64,000 bases of DNA from Candidatus Oxydemutatoraceae bacterium (GTDB lineage: Bacteria > Pseudomonadota > Gammaproteobacteria > Poriferisulfidales > Oxydemutatoraceae), in contig CBDCOZ010000003.1 in the NCBI GenBank assembly GCA_965220085.1, positions 1,600,001 to 1,664,000 of the forward strand, written 5' to 3'. A program made the translations under genes and the position numbers. The number at the start of each line of letters is the position of its first letter. Position 1 is the first letter of the stretch. The notes beneath the pieces were generated by a model that was given only the letters and a program-made list of their open reading frames with translations, ran no database searches and had not been told where the DNA came from. Positions 50,603 to 60,853 of the stretch are shown here, one piece after another.

Positions 50603-51685
50603 CTACCTGATTTTCAACGATGCCAGTCCGACCAACACCAGCAACAAAGTAATGATCCAAAAACGAACGATGACGTGCGGTTCCGGCCAGCCGCGCAACT
50701 CAAAGTGATGGTGCAACGGCGCCATTCTGAATATGCGCTTGCCGGTCGACTTAAACGACGTCACCTGTAACATGACCGACACCGCTTCGGCGACAAAGAT
50801 GCCGCCCATGATGACCAGAACCAATTCCTGACGCACCAAGACCGCTATCACGCCGAGCGCCGCGCCGAGCGACAAAGAACCGATATCGCCCATGAAAATT
50901 TGCGCCGGGTATGCGTTAAACCACAGAAACCCGAGCGCCGCGCCGGCGAGCGCGCCGCAAAATACCGTCAGTTCTCCCGCCGACGGCAGATACGGCAGCG
51001 CCAGATAGCCGGAAAAATTGGCATGACCGCTGACATAGGTAAAGATTCCGAGCGCCGCCGCAATCAACGCCACCTGCATGATGACCAAGCCGTCAAGACC
51101 GTCGGTTAAATTGACCCCGTTGCTCGAACCGACAATCGTCAACCACGCGACCACGATAAAACCCGGGCCGATGTCGATGAGCGCTTGCTTGACAAACGGA
51201 ACGATAAAGACGGACTCCATCGGATTCTGCGCCGTGTAATAAATACTCGCGCCGATAAAAAATCCCGCCGCCGATTGCCAAAAGAATTTGCCGCGCTTGC
51301 TGAGTCCTTGGCTGTTTTGTCGCTTCAACTTCAGGTAATCATCCGCCCCGCCTATCAATGCGAACAAAAGAGTCGTCGCCAGCGCGATGATGATATAGCG
51401 ATTGTATATGTCCGACCACAGCGCCGTAGCAATCACAACGACGGGAATAATCAAAAGCCCTCCCATCGTCGGCGTGCCGTGTTTGGAGTAATGCGACGAC
51501 GGCCCGACTTCGCGCACCGGCTGACCGATGTTCATCCGCGACAGGAAAGCGATCACTTTGGAGCCGACCGCCACGCTGATGACCAGCGCCGTAATGGCCG
51601 CCGCCACACTGCGGAAAGTAATATATTGGAAGAGGTTAAATCCGCTGTGGAAACCGCTCAAAATATCGGCGAGATAGACTAGCAT
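50603..51685 (-). CDS. mraY: Phospho-MurNAc-pentapeptide transferase
   Basis: GTPTMGG, NLTDGLDGL, FMGDIGSL, MAPLHHHFE. Confidence 0.98.
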   Translation of the reverse strand: MLVYLADILSGFHSGFNLFQYITFRSVAAAITALVISVAVGSKVIAFLSRMNIGQPVREVGPSSHYSKHGTPTMGGLLIIPVVVIATALWSDIYNRYIIIALATTLLFALIGGADDYLKLKRQNSQGLSKRGKFFWQSAAGFFIGASIYYTAQNPMESVFIVPFVKQALIDIGPGFIVVAWLTIVGSSNGVNLTDGLDGLVIMQVALIAAALGIFTYVSGHANFSGYLALPYLPSAGELTVFCGALAGAALGFLWFNAYPAQIFMGDIGSLSLGAALGVIAVLVRQELVLVIMGGIFVAEAVSVMLQVTSFKSTGKRIFRMAPLHHHFELRGWPEPHVIVRFWIITLLLVLVGLASLKIR

Positions 51686-53040
51686 GCGACCTCCTCCGCG
51701 GCTCGGTCGCCGCTTGCTTCCAGCGCGCGCACCAGCTTGTCCATACCGGCGGCGCGCGAGCCTTTGACCAACAGGCAAATATCGGGAGAGGCTTCGGATT
51801 GAACATATTGAATCATCGCATCGAGCGACTCAAAATGGATGGCCCCGCTGCCAAACGCATCGGCGCTCGCCCGCGTCTCGCGACCGACAGTCAACAAACA
51901 TTCGACCGCGGCGGACTTCGCATCCGCAGCCGCGCCGATGTGCGACGCTTCCGATTCGGCGCCGAGCTCCGCCATGTCCCCCAGCGCCAGCCACCGGCGC
52001 TTGGGCGATTGGCTCAAGACGTCAAGCGCTGCGCGCAGAGAAGACGGGTTTGCATTGTAACTGTCATCGATCAACGACAAGCCGCCCATTCCGCGCACAA
52101 AGTTCAGTCTGCCCGGCAACGGCGCGACCGCTTCAAGCCCGGCAATAATCGTATCCATATCCGCCCCCGCAGCGTGCGCCGCACAAGCCGCCGCCAGCGC
52201 ATTTTTGATGTTGTGTTCCCCGGCAAGCCGCAGTCCGCACGGCTTCTCATCTCCGGCGATCCGTAACATAATCCGCGCATCGTCAAGCGGGCGGGCGGTC
52301 ACATCCGCCGCCGCGGAAAAACCGAATTGCAAAATGCGCTCGCATCTGCAACGCTTCTTCCAGTATTCGCAATACGGGTCGTCACAATTCACTATGCCGA
52401 TGCCGTCATCCGGCAACGCTTCGTACATCTCGCCTTTGGCCGCCGCCACACCGTCCAAATTGCCGAAGCCTTCTATGTGCGCGGCGGATGCATTCAGAAC
52501 CATGCCGATATCGGGTTTGGCGATCTCACACAAGGCGCGAATCTCGCCGCCGTGATTGGCCCCCATCTCAACCACCGCGCACCGATGCGCGTCTCTAAAT
52601 CGCAGCACCGTCAACGGCACCCCGATATGGTTGTTGAGATTGCCCTCGGTGGCTGCCGTTTTGCGGCAGCGCCGCATGATTGAGAACAACATATTCTTGG
52701 TCGTCGTTTTGCCGTTGCTGCCGGTCAGCGCGATCACCGATAGTTGCAATCGCCGCCGCCACTGACGCGCTAACTGCGCGAGCGCCGACAACGTATCCGC
52801 AACTTCTATCCGCGGCAGCCCAACCGCCGATTGCCGACAACTCATCACCGCCACAGCGCCGGCGCCATGCGCCTGTTCAACGTAGTCATGTCCGTCATAG
52901 CGCTCGCCTTGCAAGGCGACGAACAACGCGCCGCGCTCGATTGCGCGGCTGTCTGTGCCAATCGACTCAATCGCCACATTGTCCCCGTATATCTTGCCGC
53001 CCGCCATAGCGGCGATAGTTTGCAAATCCAGCCAACTCAC
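51679..53040 (-). CDS. murF: UDP-MurNAc-tripeptide--D-Ala-D-Ala ligase
   Basis: TGSNGKTTTK, NNHIGVPLT, EMGANH, DDSYNANP, VKGSR. Confidence 0.98.
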   Translation of the reverse strand: MSWLDLQTIAAMAGGKIYGDNVAIESIGTDSRAIERGALFVALQGERYDGHDYVEQAHGAGAVAVMSCRQSAVGLPRIEVADTLSALAQLARQWRRRLQLSVIALTGSNGKTTTKNMLFSIMRRCRKTAATEGNLNNHIGVPLTVLRFRDAHRCAVVEMGANHGGEIRALCEIAKPDIGMVLNASAAHIEGFGNLDGVAAAKGEMYEALPDDGIGIVNCDDPYCEYWKKRCRCERILQFGFSAAADVTARPLDDARIMLRIAGDEKPCGLRLAGEHNIKNALAAACAAHAAGADMDTIIAGLEAVAPLPGRLNFVRGMGGLSLIDDSYNANPSSLRAALDVLSQSPKRRWLALGDMAELGAESEASHIGAAADAKSAAVECLLTVGRETRASADAFGSGAIHFESLDAMIQYVQSEASPDICLLVKGSRAAGMDKLVRALEASGDRAAEEVAC

Positions 53041-54509
53041 CGCGCCTTCTCCATAACCGCCCGGATCACCCGCTTGTCATCAAACGGCACCGCGCCGCTG
53101 CCGGTAATCTGCTGTGTTTCATGCCCTTTGCCGGCAACCACCACGACATCGCCGGGGCGCGACTCAACAATCCCCCGCTCGATCGCGTCGCGTCGCTCCG
53201 CTATCACGGTCGTATGCGCATGCGCGCCGATCCCTTGCCGTATGTCGCGCACGATCTGCTCGGGCGCTTCGTTGCGCGGATTGTCATTCGTGATGATCAC
53301 CTGATCGGCAAGCAGCGATGCGACGCCGCCCATCATCGGACGCTTAGCGCGATCGCGCTCGCCGCCGCAGCCGAATACGCAAATAATACGGCCGCTACAA
53401 TAGCCGCGACACGCCTGCAAAACCTTCTTCAGCGCCTCGGGCGTATGCGCATAGTCCAGCACGATCATGCCGTGCCCCGAACACGCAAAGCTCTCCATCC
53501 TCCCCGGCGCCGGGCGCGCGCGCGACAGGCGCCGCAGCGCGCGCTCAGGCGCGAAGCCTTGCGTCATCAACACCAGCAATGCGGCCATCAGGTTTTGCGC
53601 ATTGAACTCGCCGAGCAGCGCGCTTTGCAGAACCTGCTCCCGCCCTTCGACAAGCAAGCGAAGCGTGAGACCCGACGGGGTCGAAGACAAGCCTTGCAGG
53701 CACACATCGGCGGTTTTGTCATGCGTCGAATACTCCAGAATCGTTGTCTCTTTTGCGCAGCGCGCAACCGCCGCATCACGATACGCGCTATCGCGATTGA
53801 TGATCGCATAGCCCAAGCCGGCGGTCTCAAACAACTTGCACTTCGCCGCCGCATATGCTTCGCGCGACGCGTGATAATCCGAATGATCCGTGCCGATATT
53901 TGTCAACACCGCAACATCAACGGCCAAGCCGCTCAGCCTGCCCTGATCGATGCCGTGCGATGACGCCTCCAATACCAGACAGTCGGCGCGCGCGTCCGCT
54001 AACTCCCGCGCCACTTTGTGAATGACCAGACTGTCGGGGGTCGTATTGGGAGAATCCCGCAGCGCGCCGAGGAAACCCATGCCGAGCGTGCCGATAATGC
54101 CGCACCGCTTGCGCGCCGCGCTGAGCGCTTGCGCCACAAAGTGCGCGACCGATGTTTTGCCATCGGTGCCCGTCACCGCGATAACCGGCAGCGCGGCGGT
54201 CGGGTTGCCATAAAAACGGCTCGCGATGATACCCGCCCGATGGCGCAAGTCCGGCACCGCAAGATTAAATTGCGGGCAAGCGATGGCGTCGCGATCATCG
54301 TCCCACAGGACAGCCGCCGCGCCGCGCTCCAACGCCTGAGGCAAAAAGTCCAGTCCGTGCGCTGTCTCCCCCCGATACGCCAGAAACACATCGCCGCAAG
54401 AGACCCGGCGGCTATCGTTTTCTATTCCTCGCACGACCAAATTATCCGCAGTTTTATTTTCCATCAGACCTTTGAGCAATTGCGACAACAAACAAGGCGC
54501 TCTTACCAT
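53037..54509 (-). CDS. murE: UDP-MurNAc-dipeptide--meso-DAP ligase
   Basis: VTGTDGKT, TTPD, EASSHG, DYAHTP, FGCGGERD, DNPR, AGKGHE. Confidence 0.98.
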   Translation of the reverse strand: MVRAPCLLSQLLKGLMENKTADNLVVRGIENDSRRVSCGDVFLAYRGETAHGLDFLPQALERGAAAVLWDDDRDAIACPQFNLAVPDLRHRAGIIASRFYGNPTAALPVIAVTGTDGKTSVAHFVAQALSAARKRCGIIGTLGMGFLGALRDSPNTTPDSLVIHKVARELADARADCLVLEASSHGIDQGRLSGLAVDVAVLTNIGTDHSDYHASREAYAAAKCKLFETAGLGYAIINRDSAYRDAAVARCAKETTILEYSTHDKTADVCLQGLSSTPSGLTLRLLVEGREQVLQSALLGEFNAQNLMAALLVLMTQGFAPERALRRLSRARPAPGRMESFACSGHGMIVLDYAHTPEALKKVLQACRGYCSGRIICVFGCGGERDRAKRPMMGGVASLLADQVIITNDNPRNEAPEQIVRDIRQGIGAHAHTTVIAERRDAIERGIVESRPGDVVVVAGKGHETQQITGSGAVPFDDKRVIRAVMEKAR

Positions 54510-56242
54510 GCCATTCCCTTGAGGGCTTGCGCATCGGAAAACTTTCCGCGCGCTTGATCATCGTTCTGTATGTCCGATACCCGCAAAGCGTGTGTCATCG
54601 CTTCGGCAAATACCGGCGCCGCCACTTCGCCGCCATAGTATCTTTTGCCGTGCGGCGCATCGATCATCACCGCCGCCACCAAACGCGGCGCGTCAGCCGG
54701 CACAAAGCCGACAAACAAGGACAGATACTGAAAGGGATCATCCTCGTTGTCGGAGGATTTGCGCACCGTCCCGGTCTTGCCGGCAGTGGTGTAAGACTCC
54801 ACCTTGGCGCCGCGCCCGGTGCCATGAGCCCCGGTCGCTTGTTTCAGCGCCGAGCGCAGATAGCGCGCGGTCGCGGGCTTAAATATCCGCCGCTTTTCAA
54901 TCTCCTCCGGCGGCGTATCGACTTTCAGCAAACTCAGATACGGTTGCCAGCCGTCGTTGGCAAACACGGTATAGGCGTGCGCGAGTTGTATCAGGGAGGT
55001 CGCGATCCCATACCCATAAGACATCACCGCGTGATCTATTTCCCGCCACTCGGTGTAATCATGCAACAGACCGCCGGTCTCGCCCGGGAAACCGATACCC
55101 GGACTGTGCCCGAAGCCGAGTTGGTCAAAGGTCTTCCACAGATCCTCTTTTTGCATCTTCATCGCCGCTTTGCTGATGCCGACATTGCTCGACTTGACGA
55201 CGATGCCGGTCAAATCAAGCGGGCCGAAGTCGCGCGCGTCTTGTATCTTGTTGCCGCTCACTTGGTAATAGCCGGGAGAGGTATCGATCACCGTATCCGG
55301 CGCCATCACGTCGTTATCCAGCAATGCGGCGACGACAAACGGCTTGATCGTAGAGCCCGGCTCAAACATATCGACAATGGCGCGGCTGCGCCGTTGCCGC
55401 GGGCGGTATGCGCCGCGCTCGTTCGGGTTAAACGACGGCTGACTCGCGACCGCAAGCGCCTCGCCGGTCTTGGCATCCAACACGACGATGGAACCGGATT
55501 CGGCATGATACTGCCGCACCGCTTTTTTCAATGCGCGATACGCGTGATATTGAATTCTTTGGTCGATGCTCAATCGCAAGGCGCGGCCATACTGCGGCGA
55601 TTTAATCAATTCAATCTGCTCGATCGTGCGCGCATAGCGATCGCGCACGATGCGCTTCGCGCCGGGCGTTCCGCGCAAGACAGAGTCAAAGATTTTCTCG
55701 GCTCCCTCCATGCCCTTGTCGTCTATATCGGTAGTGCCCACGATGTGCGCCGCGATCTCTCCGAGCGGGTAGTAGCGGCGATATTCGGGGTCCAGATACA
55801 AACCCGGTATCCCGGACACATGCAGCGCATTCGCCTCCGCCGGCGGCAGATGCCGTTTCACATAGAGAAATTGCCGGTGACCGGCGCGTTGTATTCTCTT
55901 GCGCAACTCATCGGCATCGACAGAGACCGCCGCGGCGACTGTGTCGGCGTAGGCCGGGTTGAAAGACTGCGGATCCAGCCACACCGAATAGACCGGAGTG
56001 CTCACCGCCAGCGGGTTGCCGTAACGATCGGTAATGTGCGCTCGATGCGCCGGAATAGCCGCCGTTCTGACATGCCGGCTATCGCCCTTCTCTTGTAACC
56101 ACTCCTTCTGGCAGTACTGCAAATAAACGGTGCGCAACAAAATCACCGAGAAGCCGACAAAGAACAGAGACAGCACAAAGAAATAGCGGAACCGTCCCGG
56201 CGCATTCCTGCGCTGTTTGGGCGGAGAAAAGAAAGGCTTCAT
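54503..56242 (-). CDS. ftsI: Peptidoglycan transpeptidase FtsI (PBP3)
   Basis: EPGSTIKP (SxxK), KSSN (SxN), GKTGT. Confidence 0.97.
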   Translation of the reverse strand: MKPFFSPPKQRRNAPGRFRYFFVLSLFFVGFSVILLRTVYLQYCQKEWLQEKGDSRHVRTAAIPAHRAHITDRYGNPLAVSTPVYSVWLDPQSFNPAYADTVAAAVSVDADELRKRIQRAGHRQFLYVKRHLPPAEANALHVSGIPGLYLDPEYRRYYPLGEIAAHIVGTTDIDDKGMEGAEKIFDSVLRGTPGAKRIVRDRYARTIEQIELIKSPQYGRALRLSIDQRIQYHAYRALKKAVRQYHAESGSIVVLDAKTGEALAVASQPSFNPNERGAYRPRQRRSRAIVDMFEPGSTIKPFVVAALLDNDVMAPDTVIDTSPGYYQVSGNKIQDARDFGPLDLTGIVVKSSNVGISKAAMKMQKEDLWKTFDQLGFGHSPGIGFPGETGGLLHDYTEWREIDHAVMSYGYGIATSLIQLAHAYTVFANDGWQPYLSLLKVDTPPEEIEKRRIFKPATARYLRSALKQATGAHGTGRGAKVESYTTAGKTGTVRKSSDNEDDPFQYLSLFVGFVPADAPRLVAAVMIDAPHGKRYYGGEVAAPVFAEAMTHALRVSDIQNDDQARGKFSDAQALKGMAW

Positions 56243-56502
56243 TTTACTTCTACCGCGATAATCTCTTCGGGATAGTCCATATCAAGTTGCGCGCGCGCTA
56301 TCATTTCAATCCGCCCGTCCATTCTGAGCGCGCCATACTCGATCTGCAACCGATCCCATTCGGTGTGCAGCGCCTCATTTTCAATCTGCAGATTATTGAG
56401 TTCAATAAACGCCGCGCGATTCGCGTCTTTGACCGCGACCAGAGACAAAGCGGAAACAAACACCGCGCCGACCAGAACACCCATGACAGACCCTTGCCTC
56501 AT
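56239..56502 (-). CDS. ftsL: Cell division protein FtsL
   Basis: TM plus coiled coil (EWDRLQIE..RIEMIARAQLDM); between rsmH and ftsI. Confidence 0.9.
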   Translation of the reverse strand: MRQGSVMGVLVGAVFVSALSLVAVKDANRAAFIELNNLQIENEALHTEWDRLQIEYGALRMDGRIEMIARAQLDMDYPEEIIAVEVK

Positions 56503-56505
56503 CGC

Positions 56506-57429
56506 TTACAATTTCTCCGCCACACGCAGGCTGGCGCTGCGGGCGCGCGGGTTGCGCGCCAATTCGGCCTCGTCCGCAACGATGCGCCCTATCTTGCGCA
56601 ACGCCACATGGGAATAATCGTCCGCCGCCGGCAGATTGAGCGGCGCTTTTCGCGGTTGCGAATACTCCCGGATAAAGTTTTTGACGATGCGGTCTTCCAG
56701 CGAATGGAAACTGATGACGACGAGCCGCCCGCTGCTCCGCAGCAACCGCCTCGCGTGTTCCAGCGCCTGCGACAATTCCTCCAACTCGTTGTTAATAAAT
56801 ATGCGCAATGCCAAAAAAGCGCGAGTGGCCGGGCGCTTGCGCTCGCGCGCGCCCGACACACTCGCAATAAGTTCCGCCAACTCGCGAGCAGTGCGGAGGG
56901 GACGACTGCCCGCGATGGCGGCGGATATTCTTTTGGCATTGCGCTCCTCGCCGAACTCTGTCAATACCCTGGCGATCTCGGAAACCGGCGCGCGATTGAT
57001 CCATTCGGCGGCGGAGATACCGCGGCTGGTATCCATCCGCATATCGAGCGACGCATCGTCGTCAAAACTAAAACCGCGATTTGAAGCGAGTTGCGGCGAC
57101 GAAACACCGAGGTCAAAGAGAATTCCCGCCACCGCGCCCTCCATGTTGTCGTCGGTCAGCAAAGAACCGATCGCGGCGAACGACGCATGACAAATTGAGA
57201 AACGCTGATCGTTGCGCAATGTCGTTCTGGCGTGTTCGCACGCTTGTATGTCCTTGTCGAAAGCAAGCAGGCGTCCTTGTCTGCCTATCCTTTTGAGAAT
57301 CTCTCGGCTGTGCCCGCCGCGACCGTAAGTGGCATCTATATAAACCCGCCCCGGAGTTATCCGCAAAGCCTCTATGGCCGCATCCGGCAATACCGGCTCG
57401 TGCTTGTCTGCGGCGAATTCCTGCGCCAT
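56506..57429 (-). CDS. rsmH: 16S rRNA m4C1402 methyltransferase
   Basis: DATYGRGGHS, DLGVSSPQL, LDMRMD, ISFHSLEDR, NPRARSA. Confidence 0.98.
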   Translation of the reverse strand: MAQEFAADKHEPVLPDAAIEALRITPGRVYIDATYGRGGHSREILKRIGRQGRLLAFDKDIQACEHARTTLRNDQRFSICHASFAAIGSLLTDDNMEGAVAGILFDLGVSSPQLASNRGFSFDDDASLDMRMDTSRGISAAEWINRAPVSEIARVLTEFGEERNAKRISAAIAGSRPLRTARELAELIASVSGARERKRPATRAFLALRIFINNELEELSQALEHARRLLRSSGRLVVISFHSLEDRIVKNFIREYSQPRKAPLNLPAADDYSHVALRKIGRIVADEAELARNPRARSASLRVAEKL

Positions 57430-57457
57430 CACTCACGGCTCTTGGCCCGAATATTGC

Positions 57458-57922
57458 TTAGAAACGAACATTGCCGAGGGTGTCGTCGATTTCCCTATCG
57501 CTGCTCTTTTCCTCCATTCTGGCGGCGCATTCCTGCTCCCACCGTTTTTGATCCCACAGCTCAAAGCGATGTCCCTGCCCTATAAAGAGACCTTGCTTTT
57601 GCAGCTTGGCATGTTCGCGCAGCGGGGGTGTCAATGAAATCCGACCTTGCGAGTCAATCTCGCATTCGGTCGCGTAGCCGATCATCAGCCGTTGCAAAAA
57701 ACGCGATTGCTTTTCAAGCGTCGGCAGATCGAGCAGACTCTTCTCTACTTCGGGCCATGCGGGTTTGGGATAGAGCAACAAGCAACCGTCGACATCCGCA
57801 GTGATGACCAACTCGCCCTTGCACGAGACGCTCAAGCCCTGACGATAGCGCGCCGGTATTGCCAACCTGCCCTTGGCATCTACGGTCACGTTGCTCGCCC
57901 CTCTGAAAAATGTTGAATCCAT
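57458..57922 (-). CDS. mraZ: Transcriptional regulator MraZ
   Basis: FRG..VDAKGRLAIP, DSQGRI, FELWD. Confidence 0.96.
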   Translation of the reverse strand: MDSTFFRGASNVTVDAKGRLAIPARYRQGLSVSCKGELVITADVDGCLLLYPKPAWPEVEKSLLDLPTLEKQSRFLQRLMIGYATECEIDSQGRISLTPPLREHAKLQKQGLFIGQGHRFELWDQKRWEQECAARMEEKSSDREIDDTLGNVRF

Positions 57923-57929
57923 AGGTATA

Positions 57930-57980
57930 TCCCACTCAATGCCCCCATTATACATAAATCCCCACATAAAACCACCCTTC
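57930..57980 (-). promoter_or_regulatory. Putative dcw promoter with MraZ-type TGGG boxes and TATAAT
   Basis: Minus strand GGGTGGTTTTATGTGGGGATTTATGTATAATGGGGGCATTGAGTGGGA upstream of mraZ. Confidence 0.55.
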
Positions 57981-58025
57981 TTATCCAGCGGGCGACAACC
58001 CGCCATACTCGTCGGCGATTCCGCG

Positions 58026-58038
58026 CAAATCATTGATT
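58026..58038 (-). promoter_or_regulatory. Possible IHF site
   Basis: AATCAATGATTTG fits the WATCAANNNNTTR consensus, upstream of mraZ. Confidence 0.3.
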
Positions 58039-58461
58039 ATCTGGGGTTTGTCAGCGGATTGCGTGATGCATGACATATTGGACATGGGGCAAATGCTGTG
58101 TGGCATGGGCACGTGCGCGCTATCCACCGCAATGCGCGAGAGGCGTTGCGAGCCCCTTGCTAAGGCGGGCGCTATGCCGACGGGTCGCGCATACTCGGCG
58201 CATCTGATGGGGCGCATCGGCAAGCAGTCGCGCAACGGTGCGCAGGACAAGCCGCGCTCGGCACCACGGTTGCATTTGTAGATGACGCGCATTTTGTGGT
58301 AGAGTACGCAATACTTATTTTGCGGAACACAAATGATTTAAGAAGTCACAAACAATTAAGTATTGTTTGTGCTCTCATATCGTTTGTGCCTCATTGAAAT
58401 GAAATGTTATTTGTGTGCATTAAACATGGTTGCGCCGGACAGGCCGTCAAGAAACAATAGA

Positions 58462-59694
58462 ATGAATTGCAAAACTTTCGATACGACTCCCGCGCAACGG
58501 GGCGCAACAATGATACGGCGCAGTCTTTGGGTGCTTCTGTTGCTCGCTGTTGTCTGCGCTCAGGCACAAGCGCAGACAAATCCGGTGACAGCTTCCACTA
58601 GCGTGGATGTATACACCACGCACACCGCCAACAACCCATACAGGTTCAAGATAGCCGACTTCCCTTTTACTGATACGAACGGCCGTAGCCTGCTTAGAGT
58701 GGTGTTTCAATTTCCCGGCCCCGACAACTTCAATGGCAACCTGCGCAATCCTCTCTCTCCAACAGTCGTACTCGAACAGACATACGTCAGAACCGCAGAC
58801 GATCTCAGGGACGGTAATCTGGTCTATTACCCAGCGGCGGGTCAGACCCCGCAAACTGGCTACGACAGCTTTACGTTCCAGGTGCAGGTTCTGAGAGAGC
58901 AGACGAATACGCAAACCTTCTACGACACCAGTAACGAGGCTACCATGACCATCAACCTGGTGATTGAGCCCCCGGCTGCCCCCACCGGCACCCCCGCCGT
59001 GACCGCCACCGACAGCATGGCCACTGCCCACAATGAGGATGTGGAGCTGACCGCTAGCACAGGCACCGTAATCGATGACAACTACATTGATACCGACACC
59101 CTGATGTGGCAGTGGCAACAGTCCGCCACCATGGCCGGCACATATGAAAACATCGACGGATCCAACGCCGCCACTTTCACACCCCAGCAGGAACATGTCG
59201 ACCAATACATCCGCGTCTGCCTCCGTTTCACCGATGGCATAGGCACCGTCGAGGGGCCGCTGTGTTCCCCCGGCAATATCATCACCGCTGTCAATGATGC
59301 CCCCACCAGCGAAAATGCTTTTGTGGATGTGCCCATCACCGCAACCGCAGACGAGCCCTATGTCTTCAAGACCTCCGACTTTCCATTCATGGACGAGGAG
59401 GATGGTACCACTCTGGGCGGCGTAGACATAGCCAGCACCGTCGCATCTGGCAAGGGCGAATTGCGCATTGGAAGCGGGTCTGCCGCCCTCGGCAACCTGC
59501 CCGCGGGCTCAATCAATATACTCACCTATTATCCCCCGCCTAACATCACCGCTACCCCTAACTTTGCCACTTTCACCTTCAAAGTGACCGATGTCGGCGG
59601 CGCCAGAAGCGAAATCCATAGGATGACCATCAACCTGAAGTCCTTCGATATACGCTTGCGGTTGCGCCTCTTCCTCGAAGGCCCGCTACGATAG
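58462..59694 (+). CDS. Secreted modular Ig/cadherin-like protein with RLRLRLFLEGPLR tail; in frame, no homopolymer tract
   Basis: MNCKTFDTTPAQRGATMIRRSLWVLLLLAVVCAQAQAQ signal peptide; same two module types and tail as the paralogs; start chosen by homology to their ATGs. Confidence 0.85.
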   Translation: MNCKTFDTTPAQRGATMIRRSLWVLLLLAVVCAQAQAQTNPVTASTSVDVYTTHTANNPYRFKIADFPFTDTNGRSLLRVVFQFPGPDNFNGNLRNPLSPTVVLEQTYVRTADDLRDGNLVYYPAAGQTPQTGYDSFTFQVQVLREQTNTQTFYDTSNEATMTINLVIEPPAAPTGTPAVTATDSMATAHNEDVELTASTGTVIDDNYIDTDTLMWQWQQSATMAGTYENIDGSNAATFTPQQEHVDQYIRVCLRFTDGIGTVEGPLCSPGNIITAVNDAPTSENAFVDVPITATADEPYVFKTSDFPFMDEEDGTTLGGVDIASTVASGKGELRIGSGSAALGNLPAGSINILTYYPPPNITATPNFATFTFKVTDVGGARSEIHRMTINLKSFDIRLRLRLFLEGPLR

Positions 59695-60562
59695 CGCGAG
59701 CCATCCTCGGCGCTTGCACGACACACTCTTGAAGGCCCGCTACGATAGCGCGAGCAACCCACGGCGCTCGCACGACACACTCTCTTAAAGGCCGGTTGCG
59801 ATAGCGCAAGCAACCCACGGCGCTCGCACCGACACACTCTCTTGAAGGCCCGCTGCGATAGCGCGAGCAACCCACGGCACTCGCACGACACACTCTCTTG
59901 AAGGCCGGTTGCGATAGCGCGAGCAACCCACGGCGCTCGCACGACACACTCTCTTGAAGGCCCGCTGCGATAGCGCGAGCAACCCACGGCGCTCGCACGA
60001 CACACTCTCTTGAAGGCCGGCTGCGATAGCGCAAGCAACCCACGGCGCTCGCACAACACACTCTCTTGAAGGCCGGCTGCGATAGCGCGAGCAACCACAG
60101 CACTCGCACGACACACTCTCTTGAAGGCCGGCTGCGATAGCGCGAGCCATCCCCGGCGCTCGCACGACACACCCTTGAAGGCCGGCTGCGATAGCGCGAG
60201 CAACCCACGGCGCTCGCACGACACACTCTCTTGAAGGCCGGCTGCGATAGCGCGAGCAACCCACGGCGCTCGCACGACACACTCTCTTGAAGGCCGGCTG
60301 CGATAGCGCGAGCAACCCACGGCGCTCGCACGACACACTCTCTTGAAGGCCCGTTGCGATAGCGCGAGCAACCCACGGTGCTCGCACGACACACTCTTGA
60401 AGGCCGGCTGCGATAGCGCGAGCAACCCACGGCGCTCGCACGACACACTCTTGAAGGCCGGCTGCGATAGCGCGAGCCATCCCCGGCGCTCGCACGACAC
60501 TCTCTTGAAGGCCCGTTGCGATAGCGCGAGCAACCCACGGCGCTCGCACGACACACCCCTTG
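59677..60562 (+). repeat. Tandem array of 16 units of 54-57 bp, consensus GAAGGCCGGCTGCGATAGCGCGAGCAACCCACGGCGCTCGCACGACACACTCTCTT
   Basis: Unit starts counted at 59677, 59731, 59787, 59844, 59900, 59956, 60012, 60068, 60123, 60177, 60233, 60289, 60345, 60399, 60453, 60507; no unique spacers. Confidence 0.95.
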
Positions 60563-60784
60563 GAGCTGACGAGCGCGTAGCCCGACGACAACCGCAAACT
60601 TTCCGCTCGCAATCGTGTCCGTCGCGCCGTTTTGATGCGCGCCCCGCAGACAGCCCCGCAACGAAGAGGGAAGCATATTTGACTCCGCCCGCATATTAAA
60701 TGAGGGGAATGTGAAAGAGCGCGTCCTCAAATCGGACGCTAAAGTTGCGGGCAGACGGTTGACTGATAACAAACTTTCTGCCGA

Positions 60785-60816
60785 AAAATAAAAAAGGGTG
60801 TGTTGCCACACCCTTT
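60785..60816 (-). terminator. Rho-independent terminator
   Basis: Minus strand AAAGGGTGTG-GCAA-CACACCCTTT followed by a T-rich tail; just downstream of the 60854-61129 ORF. Confidence 0.75.
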
Positions 60817-60853
60817 ATAGAAACCACAATGATGGCTAAAATGATGGTTTGGG

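Noticed and set aside
54527-56098. 523-aa plus-strand ORF (likewise 5657-6868, 62242-63747 and similar)
   Set aside because: Antisense shadows of ftsI, uvrB and pyrC/argG expected from GC-rich codon bias
58040-58290. RNase P RNA (rnpB) upstream of mraZ
   Set aside because: The conserved GAGGAAAGTCC signature is not seen on either strand
59677-60562. CRISPR array
   Set aside because: Units are contiguous near-identical repeats with no unique spacers, and there are no cas genes in the window
60679-60691. TTGACTCCGCCCG matching the outer end of the 18428 inverted-repeat arm
   Set aside because: Only 13 bp; a similar string occurs inside nlpD and the rest of the arm is absent
59529-60811. Long repetitive minus-strand ORFs (341, 393 and 275 aa)
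   Set aside because: They arise in all three frames from the 56-bp repeat lacking minus-strand stops; low-complexity translations that partly overlap a real gene
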